From: Octopus sinensis
Taxonomy: Eukaryota
Length of the DNA stretch: 57,840 bases
Reading direction: 5' to 3'
Assembly (NCBI RefSeq): GCF_006345805.1
Contig: NW_021834247.1
Coordinates: 1-57,840, forward strand
Shown: positions 13,601 through 26,000 of the stretch, in pieces
Position numbering within the stretch: position 1 is the first letter of the stretch
How the letters are laid out: each line of letters opens with the position of its first letter
Made by a program: the position numbers and the translations under genes
The notes under the pieces: generated by a model
Told to the model about the DNA's origin: nothing
What the model saw: the letters and a program-made list of their open reading frames with translations, nothing else
The model's database searches: none

Positions 13601-14632
13601 TTTGAGTCATTCATGTCATAATCCCACCATGGGACGTCGTGCTTCAACTCTCTCTCTCTCACACTCTAATGACACTGTAACCTACTTCATTAATTAATCA
13701 TCATAATTATTATTGTTGCTGTTGTTACCTGACTAGATTCTTTACTTCATCTCATCCTTCGTTACCTCAACGTTACAGGTTCAAATCTTTCCTTTTCTTC
13801 TTTTCATTCCATATAAAACACCCCACCCCCTCTCTCTTGTAATTTTCCTCTTTCCTCTGACCCTGGGCTAAATGCAGAATCATTCCTTAAAGTGTTTTTT
13901 TGATCTGTTTATGTTCCAAGTTCAAATCCTGCCAGAGTATTTATTAACAACCTGGAGTGAAAATCTGTACCAGTAATATCCAGGGGTTCATTTAATAAAT
14001 TGTCCTCCCTCTTTTCTCTTGTTTTTGTGTCTGATTGCTGTTGGGCAAAATACCTTGTGGTATTTATTTACCACACTTTATGTTCAGAGTTCAAATCCTG
14101 CTGAGGTCACCTTGTCTTTCCATCTTTGCTAGGCTAATAAAGTACAATACCAGTCATGTACTGGGGTCCTTATAATCCACATTAATGCCTCTCCCCATCC
14201 TAAATTTCATGGCTATATAACAGTTGTTCATCATACCATATATAGATTGCCGTGTTTATTCAGGTGTGTATATATATCGTTGGTCTATAATGTAGAGAGT
14301 ATATCGAATATATGAGGGGGTACCCAAAAGTGGCCGGAAACGTTTCTGTAGGGAAGGCCATTGAAGTTCAGGCTTCTGCTGCTAGAAGCCACTTGATGCG
14401 ATATTAAAGGGTAAAATCAGAAATGATTTTTACCAAGTGGTCAGCGCGGAAATATAACTCATAAGTAAATTTTTATAAACATTTATAATTATATACATAA
14501 TTATAACAAGGGCTTGGCTTGCTCCTCACCACGCACTGAAAAATAGACATCGAAAGACACTATTACCACCATTAATTCTCCGAGAAAAACACAGTACATG
14601 TGTTATAATTATGTATATAATTATAAAATGTT

Positions 14633-14673
<41 letters not shown>

Positions 14674-17600
14674 ATATGTAGGATCCAAGGATTGAGATAT
14701 AGGAAGGTGAGCTTCAAACAATCCATAGAAAATGTAAGAAACAACTTTCAGGAACAAAAGGGGTTTATTGGGGTGCAAGGTTGTTGGTTTTTCCCTTACC
14801 GCATCTTCTGTGTTTGAACATGTGCCTCCTATTGACAGTGTAAACTTGATTTAATCAAGACACCCTTGGTCTGAAGAGTAGCCTGTGGTATACACTTCGT
14901 TTGGATATTTACCAGTTCTGATGTTCCACCTGCTTTGAAACATATGTAGCCCAGATTTTATCTTAACTCATATATATATATACACACATGTATAATGTGT
15001 ATTTGTGTGTATGTAATTATTGATGTAATTAGGTTATAATGACCTAATTACATTTGTTTTCATTGGTTAATCTAATAATAATTGTTTTTCCTCTCCTCTT
15101 TGTATAACTTTCAGGCAACACTATGGTATGGTATCTTTGATGCTGGCCCAGGTTAGTTAACAAATACATATTATATCCTCTCTCTAGTATTCAATATTTA
15201 TATCATCAAAATACCAGTGAAATTCTGGGGGCAGATTTAATCAACTTCACTGCAGCAGCCTTTAATTAGCAGGTCTTGGGTCTGTGAAAAATAATTATGT
15301 TGCTGATAACAATGATGATAGTAGTAGTGGTGATGACAGTCCAACTGACCACCACTGCTGATAGTACTATCTTTAATGGTCAGACAAAAAAAATCATGAA
15401 TTCAACCCATATATATCAGATTATATATATATCATCATCAACCACTCTGCCATATGCCCACGGGCATATGGCATAGTGGTTAATAGTACGGGCTACTAAC
15501 CCCAAGATTCTGAGTTCAGTTCCAGGCAGTGACTTCAATGATAATAATAATAATAATAACAATAATAATAATAATAATAATAACAACATTGAAAAATACC
15601 TTTGGAATGAGAACATAGGTTCGAAATTTCCCCAAGACACCTGATGAAGGCTGGAGGGTATATCAGCCGAAACATTGTGTTAACAACAAACAGGATGAGG
15701 ACAAATATCCATCAAATGTAAATAATGTAAATAATGATGATGATCATCTTTTAATGTCTGTCTCTCATGTTGTGTGTGTGTGTGTGTTTTGTGTAAATTG
15801 TTGGTGTCTGCATTTTATCTTGTGTCCAATAATTTATTTGGCTTCTTGGCTGCTTTTTTCCCTCTGCACGTATGTATAAATGTATGTGTATATATGTATA
15901 TATATATATATGTATACCCAGAAAGAGAGTTACTCTTGTCAGACACATTGCACACTCAGATTATGCAGCAGAGATAAGTTAAAGGTCCTTGTCCCCAGCA
16001 ACAAAGCTAAATAAGGGCATGCTACACTCAGTCCCTATTGCTTAGTTAATCCATTATCATCAGTACATGATGCAATCAACTTCCCTTCTCCTCTCTCCCT
16101 GCCTAACTCAACGGATTAACTACCCTTACTGTATTTGTCTACCTAACTTATTTACCTGTATTTGTATTAACATGGCTTTGCATGAATGCCGGGATGCAAC
16201 ACCCTCCACTGTTGGTGGTGACAATACCTGATTAACTCCTCTTTACAGGTATCCATACTAACACCTCTGTGCTAATGCCAGCACAACACCCACGTCCAGT
16301 GGTGTTAGCAAGCGTTACATGAATGATGCAGGATTAAATGCAAGGACAACTGCTAATGACATGCTGGCAGGCAAATGCTAATAACAACCTTTTCAGACGC
16401 TGATAGCTGCAGCCAATGTAGACACAGCACTGTCGATGTAAGCACATGCAACAAGTATCTCGTCTTATGCGCACCTCCCCCACTGCCCCTACAAGGTCTG
16501 TCAAATGAACTGAAGGGCTACTTCTATGACACTCTTCTGCTGGCCACTTCAAAGATAAATGACCGTGACCTTCGTGGCTGGTGATTTCAATGGACGTGTT
16601 GGGCAGCACCCAGGTATCTTCCATGGGGTACATGGTGGGACACAGAATTGTGGGAACAAAAACATAGCCACCATGTACACCATGGAAGCCCCCTGCGTGT
16701 TGTCCAACATGCCCATTGAAGTCGCCAGCCACAAAGAGAAGGTCCCTGTCATTCATTGACGAGGTAGTCTGCAAGAGGGTGTCATAAAATCAGTCTTTCT
16801 GTTCATCAGGTAGCCCTGGCTGAGGGTCATAAGCCGAGATAAAGGTTGCTAATCCATGTTGCAGCACTAATCTAATCTTAAGTATTCCATCACAGACTCT
16901 GACTATCTCGATTACCTTATCAGCCCATTTCTCTGCCCCCGACTCCATCAGTGTTCCCTCTCTACTCAGAAACTTATACTTATGTTCTTTGCCTGTGAAG
17001 AACTTAGCAGAACTTCCTCTCCACCTTCTTGGATGCAGCACAAATCTACATGTCTCTGTTCAAGCATGTTAACAATATCACCAGACCTACCTTTCAGTGT
17101 GCCGACGTTGAGAGTACTAACTCCTGAGGGTGTTGAAGGTATGGGTCCACGAGACCCTGGGATGGGGGACAGCAGCATCATGTACCTAAAAGAAAGCTTG
17201 CATTTGGCAGAACCCATAAACATACATAGTCTTCAACCTGCAAACACTACACCATCATTTTATCACTACATCATCACTACTTACATAGGAGATAAACCCT
17301 ATATATATATAATATATGTATTTTTTAATATATATTATTATTATTAATATAAGTAAATCAATATGGATTTTTCACAAAGATATACCCATATGAAACACCA
17401 TTTTAATTTTAATTCAAATTTTTTTATATAAAATATCATTCGATACATTATTCAATATTCATATTTTTATATCTCGAAGAGGAGAAGGGTTGTCCATAAG
17501 TGCTTATCAACATAGGACTTCATTATAGAATCAACCCTTTTTGCGAAACGATTGTAGATGCTTAAAACTTAATTCAAAACTTTTAAAACTTTCAAATTTA

Positions 17601-18426
17601 TTTTATACATCATATTTATATTTTTTAATATTTATTTTTTATTTATATACATTTTTAATACATAAGTCTTTCATATGGGTATATCTTTGTGAAAATTCGA
17701 TATTGATTTCCTTATATTAATAATAAAATATATTATTAAAAAATATATGTATATATGCTCATATTAAATATATAAATACTTTAATAGTATTAATATTATT
17801 TTATACAATGGAGCACTTAATATAAATTCAGTATATAATATTATTAATATAATAATATATATATGTATTGTGTATCACCAATATTATGACACGACTGTTT
17901 ACATACATAACCTTGTAGTAACAATAAAACATATTACGGATCGGGTAACACAACAACCATACACAAACCAACAAACAATAAAAAAACACCTTATGACTTC
18001 CTGCAATTAACACCTACTCTCTCTGGTCTCTCACTCAGACTGCTACTATTCATAGTCGTTCAGTCAAGTCTGTTCTTGCATGGGTTCTTGTGACTCTCGC
18101 CACAACATGTAATCGAGTCCAGGACTTATTCTTTGTAAGCCTAGTACTTATTCTGCTGATCCTTTTTGCCAAATCGCTAGCTTACAGGGATGTAAACACA
18201 CCAGCATTGATTGTTAAGCAATGTTGGGAGGACAAGCACAGACACACAAACACACACACACACACACACATATACGATGGGCTTCTTTCAGTTTTTGTCC
18301 ACCAAATCCACTCACAAGCTTTGGTCAGCCCGAGAAATAGTACAAGACACTTGCTCAAGGTGCCATGCAGTGAACTAAACCCAATCATGTGGTTTGTAAG
18401 CAAGCTATTTACCACAGCCACTCCTG

Positions 18427-18457
<31 letters not shown>

Positions 18458-20035
18458 AAATATATCTATATATATATATATGTGTTTGTGTGTATCTCAC
18501 TTCCATAACATTCATGTATATGTGTGTGTATGTACAGGAATGTTAAGGATGTGGACACTAACCAACTCACCTGTTTTATGAACCCCTTATTAATATAGCA
18601 ACATCATAATTCTTCTTTACTAGTTTTGATCTGCTAATTATATGTTCACTCTTGTTCTGCTCCCCTAAAATTTACTATAGTGAGAGATAAATATAGATTA
18701 GGATGAAACAATCTGTTTAAGACCTCTTAATAGATTAATCATGTCCCTTACACATATCCCATGTACATTTTCAATTTCTATTTTTACTTCCACAAAGGAT
18801 TCAGTGAAACTGGATATCGAGAATCATAAGAAAATGACACCATTGATGGAAGCCGTGTTCAGGGCCCACCTCGGAATAATCCATAAACTTATTATAAATG
18901 GTGCAAACATAAATGCTGTCAACAATGATGGCAATAATTGTTTGCACCTCTCAATAATAAAAAAAGAGATGTTCCATTCTGAGGTGGAACCCATTCCCAT
19001 TTTAGACGAGGTAAGTTTTAAAAATTGTTTGTGAATATGTGTGTGTGTGGTTGGCATTAGGAAGGGCATGCAACCGCAGAGACTATGCCAAAATTGGCAA
19101 TTGGTGCCTGAGCAGCTCTGCAGCTGCCCAGCTTCTGCCAAACTATCCAACCCATGCCAGCATAGAAAACGAATGTAAAATGATGATGAGGAGGATGTGT
19201 GTATGTGTGAATGAGAGAGAGAGAAATAGAGAAACAGGCAGACATTGTTTGCTATTTTCTTTCACTCCCATCCACTTCTCTTCCTTTAGTATTAAATAAT
19301 TCAGTTTCTCCTGATAGCACTAGTTGTATTATGTAACTAACAATATTCCATCTTCTTTCACCTTCAAAAGCATGGCCACTCCACTGTAAAGAAGGTAACC
19401 CGTCTTAAATATGTGTCATGTAAACACTGCCATAACTGTATGAAGGAGAGGTGACCAACGACAGAGATAAGTCTTTAAATTTAAGAAAGAGAAATTCACA
19501 AACTGTTTTAAATATCGAATTTCAAGTTAAACGAGTTGAACTGTGTTAATTGCTAGAAAGCATATTTCATTATTCTTTTTCAAAGAAAGGAAAATTAAAA
19601 TAAATTCGTTTATGGACAATTAAATTTAAAGAAAATATATTCATGGACTTTGAAGAAAGTTTCTTTTATCAGTATGATAATGAATATATAACTGAGTTTA
19701 TTCAAAGTTGATAATTAGGATTCCAAATATTGCCAGGGCTTGGACTTTGTGTGTATATTGACTACAGTAATACCCCTTGCAATGATTGTAAAGAAGGGAG
19801 ATGTGATGAGAATGAATTTACATTAAGATGTGCGCACAAAAGTGTAATGTCACGAGATTGTATGTATGACAATGTAACTAGACAGATAGTCATAGAGGCC
19901 CTTTGTTACCAACAAAGATAGAAGCTCTCTGAACTTTGCCCTGCTTAATCTTATTCTAGCAGCTATGCTCTTGGCGCATCCACCTCCACTACTGACTTGA
20001 TTACCTAGATAACAGTAGCTATCAACTACTTCTAG

Positions 20036-20099
<64 letters not shown>

Positions 20100-23000
20100 G
20101 TGTGTGTGTGTGTGTGTGTGTTTGTTTGAAAGACCTCAGCATCTATCCACTGCTAGATCTGATGGTGTCTATTGTCTGTTGTTGCAGAATTTAAGCAACT
20201 CTTTGATTCCCAAATATGTAACGGTCACTACAGATGTGTAACTGTATTTCAGACAGTTGATGGTCACCTATGTATTGTTGTAATGTCTTCTTTGGTGAGA
20301 AGAAGCTACTCTAGCAGTCAACGACCCATTATTATAGGAATTGTCTATCAGACTAACAGTTTCAACAATTTCTTGACTATAATGTGTTGGTGTGTTGCCT
20401 CAACCACCACACCAATCCTTACTTCCTTTACTTCACTTCATCAGCCAAAAATGTTTCTTTATAAATTTTGGAAACATTATTGATATGCTTGGATATGTCT
20501 GTCTGGTGTTGGTTTTGTTGCTGTGTCTGAAGAAATTATTATGTTCTTGGTGTTCTCTGTTCATTGTTTGTTGTTATGGAAATGAGTTGCACTTTGTGAC
20601 CAGTGAAACGTTTCCCAATCAATATTTGGATTATCGAAATTACCAGTTTGAAAATATGGGTGACTGCTTTCATAGATGCAGATCTGAAGATGTCAAAAAT
20701 CTGAGTTTTGATGGCAGTTTTGCAGATGGTAAACTAATTCAAGTAGGAGTATATATGTTGCTAAAAAAATACTTCTTGTTGCTACCAGTTAAAATCTCCA
20801 CAAGGAATTACAGAAAATCTTGAGTGTCCATAAACCATCACACGACCCCCATGGTAATTAGAATGGCCTTTGTGTAACAAATTGTAGCTTGCCATTGTTT
20901 GTTGTTATGTTGTTGTGCTATATTTATGTATACAATACTCTTCCATAAGTATTTCTTTTGTTATGGCCAGTTGGCTTTATCAAGCCAGTTGTAAAGATAG
21001 GTTCTTGTTGGTTTGTTGTGTTCTGTTATTTGTGATACTTGTTCCATTATATTTCCTACATTTGACATGATTTGTTTATCTACAATATATATTTGTGTAA
21101 TATTCTACTCATCGTTTTATATTTCATCATTTGCAGTGCTGCAGAGAGCTCCAACTGGACATGGATAGGAGGCTCTCTGGAATAGTAGTTTTGAGTTACC
21201 TTGCCAGCCAAGGAGCCAGCTTATACCATCATAATAATAAGAAAATGACCCCATTGGACTACATAGAAAATCAACATTTGAAAGAAAAATTAAAAACATT
21301 TTTACAATCACTGTAAGTACTCACTGGCAATGCCAAGATAAACCAGGACATTTTCTCTTTTGTATATAATCATGTTTATATGTTTATTTAGTTTGAATTC
21401 TCCCAATGTATTATTCCGTCATTAGTGTCTTGATTCAAGACAACAATAATGATTTCCAATTCTGGCACAAGGCCAGCAAGGTCAGGGAGGGGATAAGTCA
21501 ATTACAACAGCCGCAGTTTTCAACTGGTACTTATTTTATCAACAGCAAGGTAGAGTCAACCGCAGCTGAATTTGAACTCAGCATGTAAAGGCAGACGAAA
21601 TGCCAGAAAGCATTTTTCTCCGTGTGCTAATGATTCTGCCAGCTTGCAGCCTTAAGACCACACAACAATAATAAGAACAATAAACAGAAAATACAGTTGT
21701 TAGTGGATCAAACGAAAAACACTATTTTGATGACATTCACATGATTGCTGGTGTTGACTGATATACCTCACCATCCACCCCTGACTATTTTAGAGTTCGG
21801 TGACCTCCATGAAAATGTAGTACTAAATAATAAAGTGAATGAACACATTTTGAAATTGCTATTTAGAAGTAAATAGGATTTATCTGTCTACCAACAATTT
21901 TTTTCTCTCTCTCTTCTCTGACTCAATCAGTTGTCATGTACGCTTTCGTGTAAAAATAACCTAAAACACACACTAACAATGTGTATGTCATCATCATCAT
22001 CATTGTCATCATTTAACGTCTGTTGTCCATGCTGGCATGGATTGGTCTGTTTGACTGGGATGGCATGTTGGAAGGCTGCACCTTAGTCAGCCTTTGAAGT
22101 TTTCAGCCCAACCTTGTATGTGTATGTTAATGTGACACTTGTATACTCACAAACCTGCTTGTATGTAATTGTTTACAGAAGAATTTACGATGTACTCTTG
22201 CTGGTTACTGTTGTGCCCCTTAATATTCTGTACTCTAAACATGTCCACAACGAAATATTTTATTATAAATGAATGTTAATGATGGAATGTGTTAATATTT
22301 TGTTCCACAGGTGTCGGTGGTGTCAAGAGAAAAAGGCTACTGTCACACTCCATCCATGTCAACATACCGTTACTTGTCAGAATTGCTGTTCTCAAATGAC
22401 ATTTAAGCAATGCCCCATATGTCGACAACACATACTCCGGAAAAGTGGATTTGGTAAGAACATTCTTTCTTGATCTGTCTGTTGTCTCATCAACTTTCTG
22501 GTATGGAATAATGCATTTCATATTGTAGTGGAGACATGCAACTCCTTGTTTGTAAATATATATTATGAACACTTGTTATAATGTTTGCCATCCTTTTAGA
22601 CATTTTATACTCACACTCGTTAGTTTTTAGATGTGATTAATGCTAAAAGAGACATTGTTTTCTGACTCTTTCACCTTTTGGCTTTACTTTTGAGTTGATT
22701 CGTTTTAATTCGAACATGAAGCCTGGTCATTGCTCCAAGGTAGTATCAGAAAGTTCACGGACTAGTTCTGTAGCATGCCAACAGATGGCTGCACACCGTT
22801 GCGCGCACAGTGAGAGCTAGCAATGACTTTCATGAGGCGGTGTGCTGGGTGACACCACTGCGTTTACTTCAAAAGTTGTGAAATTTGTGCTTTTGTGGTC
22901 ATTTGTAGGCTGTAGTCTGCAATTTTCTAATGGGCAGGAACAAATAACCAATGTGAAATTTTGCGTTAAACTTGTCCAGCAAAGACATAAGAAAGAAACA

Positions 23001-26000
23001 ACAAAACTAAAAGAAAAAGATTGTTATGAAGTGATAACTGAATGAGAGAATTTCAGAATTGTTAGATTAGTATATAGGACGTCTTAAGAGAAAGATGAGA
23101 TTTAGAAAGGTTTGCCTATTTTGTTGTGGTTCTAAATATTGAACTATTATATAGTAACAGCTTAGAAAGTGTTGACCGAAAGCATAGTGGTCACCAATTG
23201 ACTATTGATGATATGAATGCCTTACAATAATGGAATATAGATTATTAAAAGAGACAAAGAAATTTTACTATGAAGTATAAAACTTTGAAATGCTTATTTC
23301 AGTGTGTCCAAAGTCTGAAGAAGAAGCAGCAAAGGCAGTTGCAGAGTCTGTTGGTGAGTATAAAATAACTGTAATTGATTTCTATAAATTTTACCTTCAC
23401 CTGAGTTATATTATTTGTGTGAGTGTCTGAGAACAGGTTCCATTCCTAATTTCCAATTCTTATTTCAGTGTTTCCAAAGTCTGAAGAGAAAGCAGCCCAG
23501 GCGGTTGTAGAATCTGTTGGTGAGTATAAAATAACTGTAATTGATTTCTATAAATTTTACCTTCACCTGATGTATATTATTTGTGTGAGTGTCTGAGAAC
23601 AGGTTCCATTCCTAATTTCCAATTCTTATTTCAGTGTGTCCAAAGTCTGAAGAGAAAGCAGTCCAGGCGGGTGTAGAGTCTGTTGGTGAGTATAAAATAA
23701 CTGTAATTGATTTCTATAAATTTTACTTTCACCTGAGATATATTGTTTTTGTGAATGACTGTAATTGATTTCTATAAATTTTACTTTCACCTGAGATATA
23801 TTGTTTTTGTGAATGACTGTAATTGATTTCTATAAATTTTACTTTCACCTGAGATATATTGTTTTTGTGAATGACTGTAATTGATTTCTATAAATTTTAC
23901 TTTCACCTGAGATATATTGTTTTTGTGAATGACTGAGAACAGGTTGTAGGAAAGAGAAGACACAATGAAGAGAAAAACAGTGTTATCAAGTGATAATTGA
24001 ATGAGATATTTGCAGAAATGTTAGATTATGTAGGCTGTCTTAATAGAGAGAGAAAAGGGGAGGAATTTAGGAAGGTTAGTCTATTTTGTGGTGTCCCTGA
24101 ATATTGAGCTTTAACATAGTATCACGGTAGAAAGTATTAAAATATTAGCCAAAACCATAGTGGTCACCAGTTGACCATTGATAATAGGAATGCCTGACAA
24201 TAATAAAATATAGACTATTAAGAAAAATAATTTAAAAAAAATTTAACTATACATTGTAAAACTTTTAAATATTTATTTCAGAGAGTTTAAATTTGGAGGA
24301 AAACCGCTTCCATAGCACATCGAAGAAAGTGGCAGTTAAGCAACAGCAAGTTGGTGAGTATAAAATAAGTCCGTAAGTGATTTCAAATTAGTTTTACTTC
24401 ACTTGAGCATATTTTCTTTTTCAGAAGGACTGAGAACAGGTTCCATTCTTAATTTTCAATTAATAATTCTTTTGAAGAAATTGCTGAAATTTAAGAGAAT
24501 GCCCACCAAGGTTAGAACAGACAAAAGTTAATGATGTCTTTTGGAATAGAGAACTAAAATATGTTATTTGGTTGGGGGTGAACAAGTGCTTTAACGACAA
24601 GGCTTTCGTTTTGCATTTATACTGTGTTTACTAATAAGTTGTTGTTTTAGCAGGAGTCTCTCATAATCTGGCAGACTTACAATGAAATGCATTCCCAGTG
24701 TCAACATCCTGTCTTTTTGTCACTGATAGGAAATCTATCATTACATCCATTAAACACATTGTCTTTATCGAAGTAGAAAACACTGGCTTGCTACTGAGAT
24801 AACCATTGCTTCTTTGTTGTTTTTCTCTCTCTCTCGCATTCTCTTTTTGATAGATACTAGATGCAAGATACAATAAATGACATTGTCCTCATCATTTATC
24901 ATCAGATAAATGTTCCTGTGGAATGGATGGTGGAGGGTGGGGGTGGGTCACTGTCCAAGTCAGTTCTTATTAGCAGTTACTGTCCACCTTCATTGGTTGA
25001 GGATCATGTCCCACTAAAACATTCCAGCTTTCCTATGATGGTCTACCCTTCCTAACACCATCCACTTTATAAAGGATCCTGGGTACATTTTATTGTGGCA
25101 CAAATACAAGAAAGATTGTTATGTATTCAACAAAATTAAACATTCCTCTCGAACTTATGCAAAGAAATATCAGACATGTTGAAAGAAGAAAGGAAAGTAA
25201 ATGAATTAGAGAGCAACTCGTTAAGAAACCTTATGAGGTTACTCGGAAGCTGTTTGCAGATGCTAAGAGTGGCAGGATAAAATGTAATAAATGAAATCCA
25301 ACTTAGGTATGGTTAGTGGTCAGTAGGGATAGCTAGAAAAGCATTTTTAGCTATCCCTACTGACCACAATATATATATATTTAACTTTTTTGTTTTATTA
25401 TTTACTAATTTGAAATTTCACCAGTTACAATCTGCTTTATTTTTGCAGCTATTAATCTTGTCCATTTCTGCCAAGGTGATGAGCAAGTACCAGTTGTGTA
25501 CTGGGATTGATGTAATCAATTAGTCCCCTCCTCTGTAATTGCTGGCCTTGTACCAAAATTTGAAACCAATATTACCCATCCCCGTTCAACTGTCTTCAAT
25601 TCGCACACTGCTACATGAAACCACAACATGCCATTATGGGTTTATTTCTGCTAGTTATAGGCCTGAATGTCCATGTTAGCTAACTGCAGGTTTCTCATTG
25701 TCAGATGATTAACCTTGGCCATTACATTGTATCGTTTAAAAAGAAACAATGTTTTAGTAGTTGAATTAAGCTTTTATTATTATTATTATTATTAACATTC
25801 ATTCTCTGAGTTCAGTACCTACTTGGGTTGACTTTGCATTTCATTCCTCACAGGTCAGTAAGACAATTACAAGTTACATAACATGTCAAACTAATTGACT
25901 TCATACTCTCTCTCTACAGATCTATCCACTTGTATTAATCGAAGAATTCATAATTAACATTCATTTTTCAAAACCCTCGTTACCACACTATATTGCTGTC

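Noticed and set aside
19371-19394. Possible 24-nt in-frame micro-exon (HGHSTVKK) with AAG acceptor and AAG|GTAACC donor
   Set aside because: Not needed: exon 6 joins exon 7 in frame and the sites are weak. It would need RNA-seq support.
23303-23931. CRISPR-like appearance of regularly spaced repeats
   Set aside because: Eukaryotic intron context, the intervening sequences are homologous to each other, there are no cas genes, and the units are duplicated exon-intron blocks.
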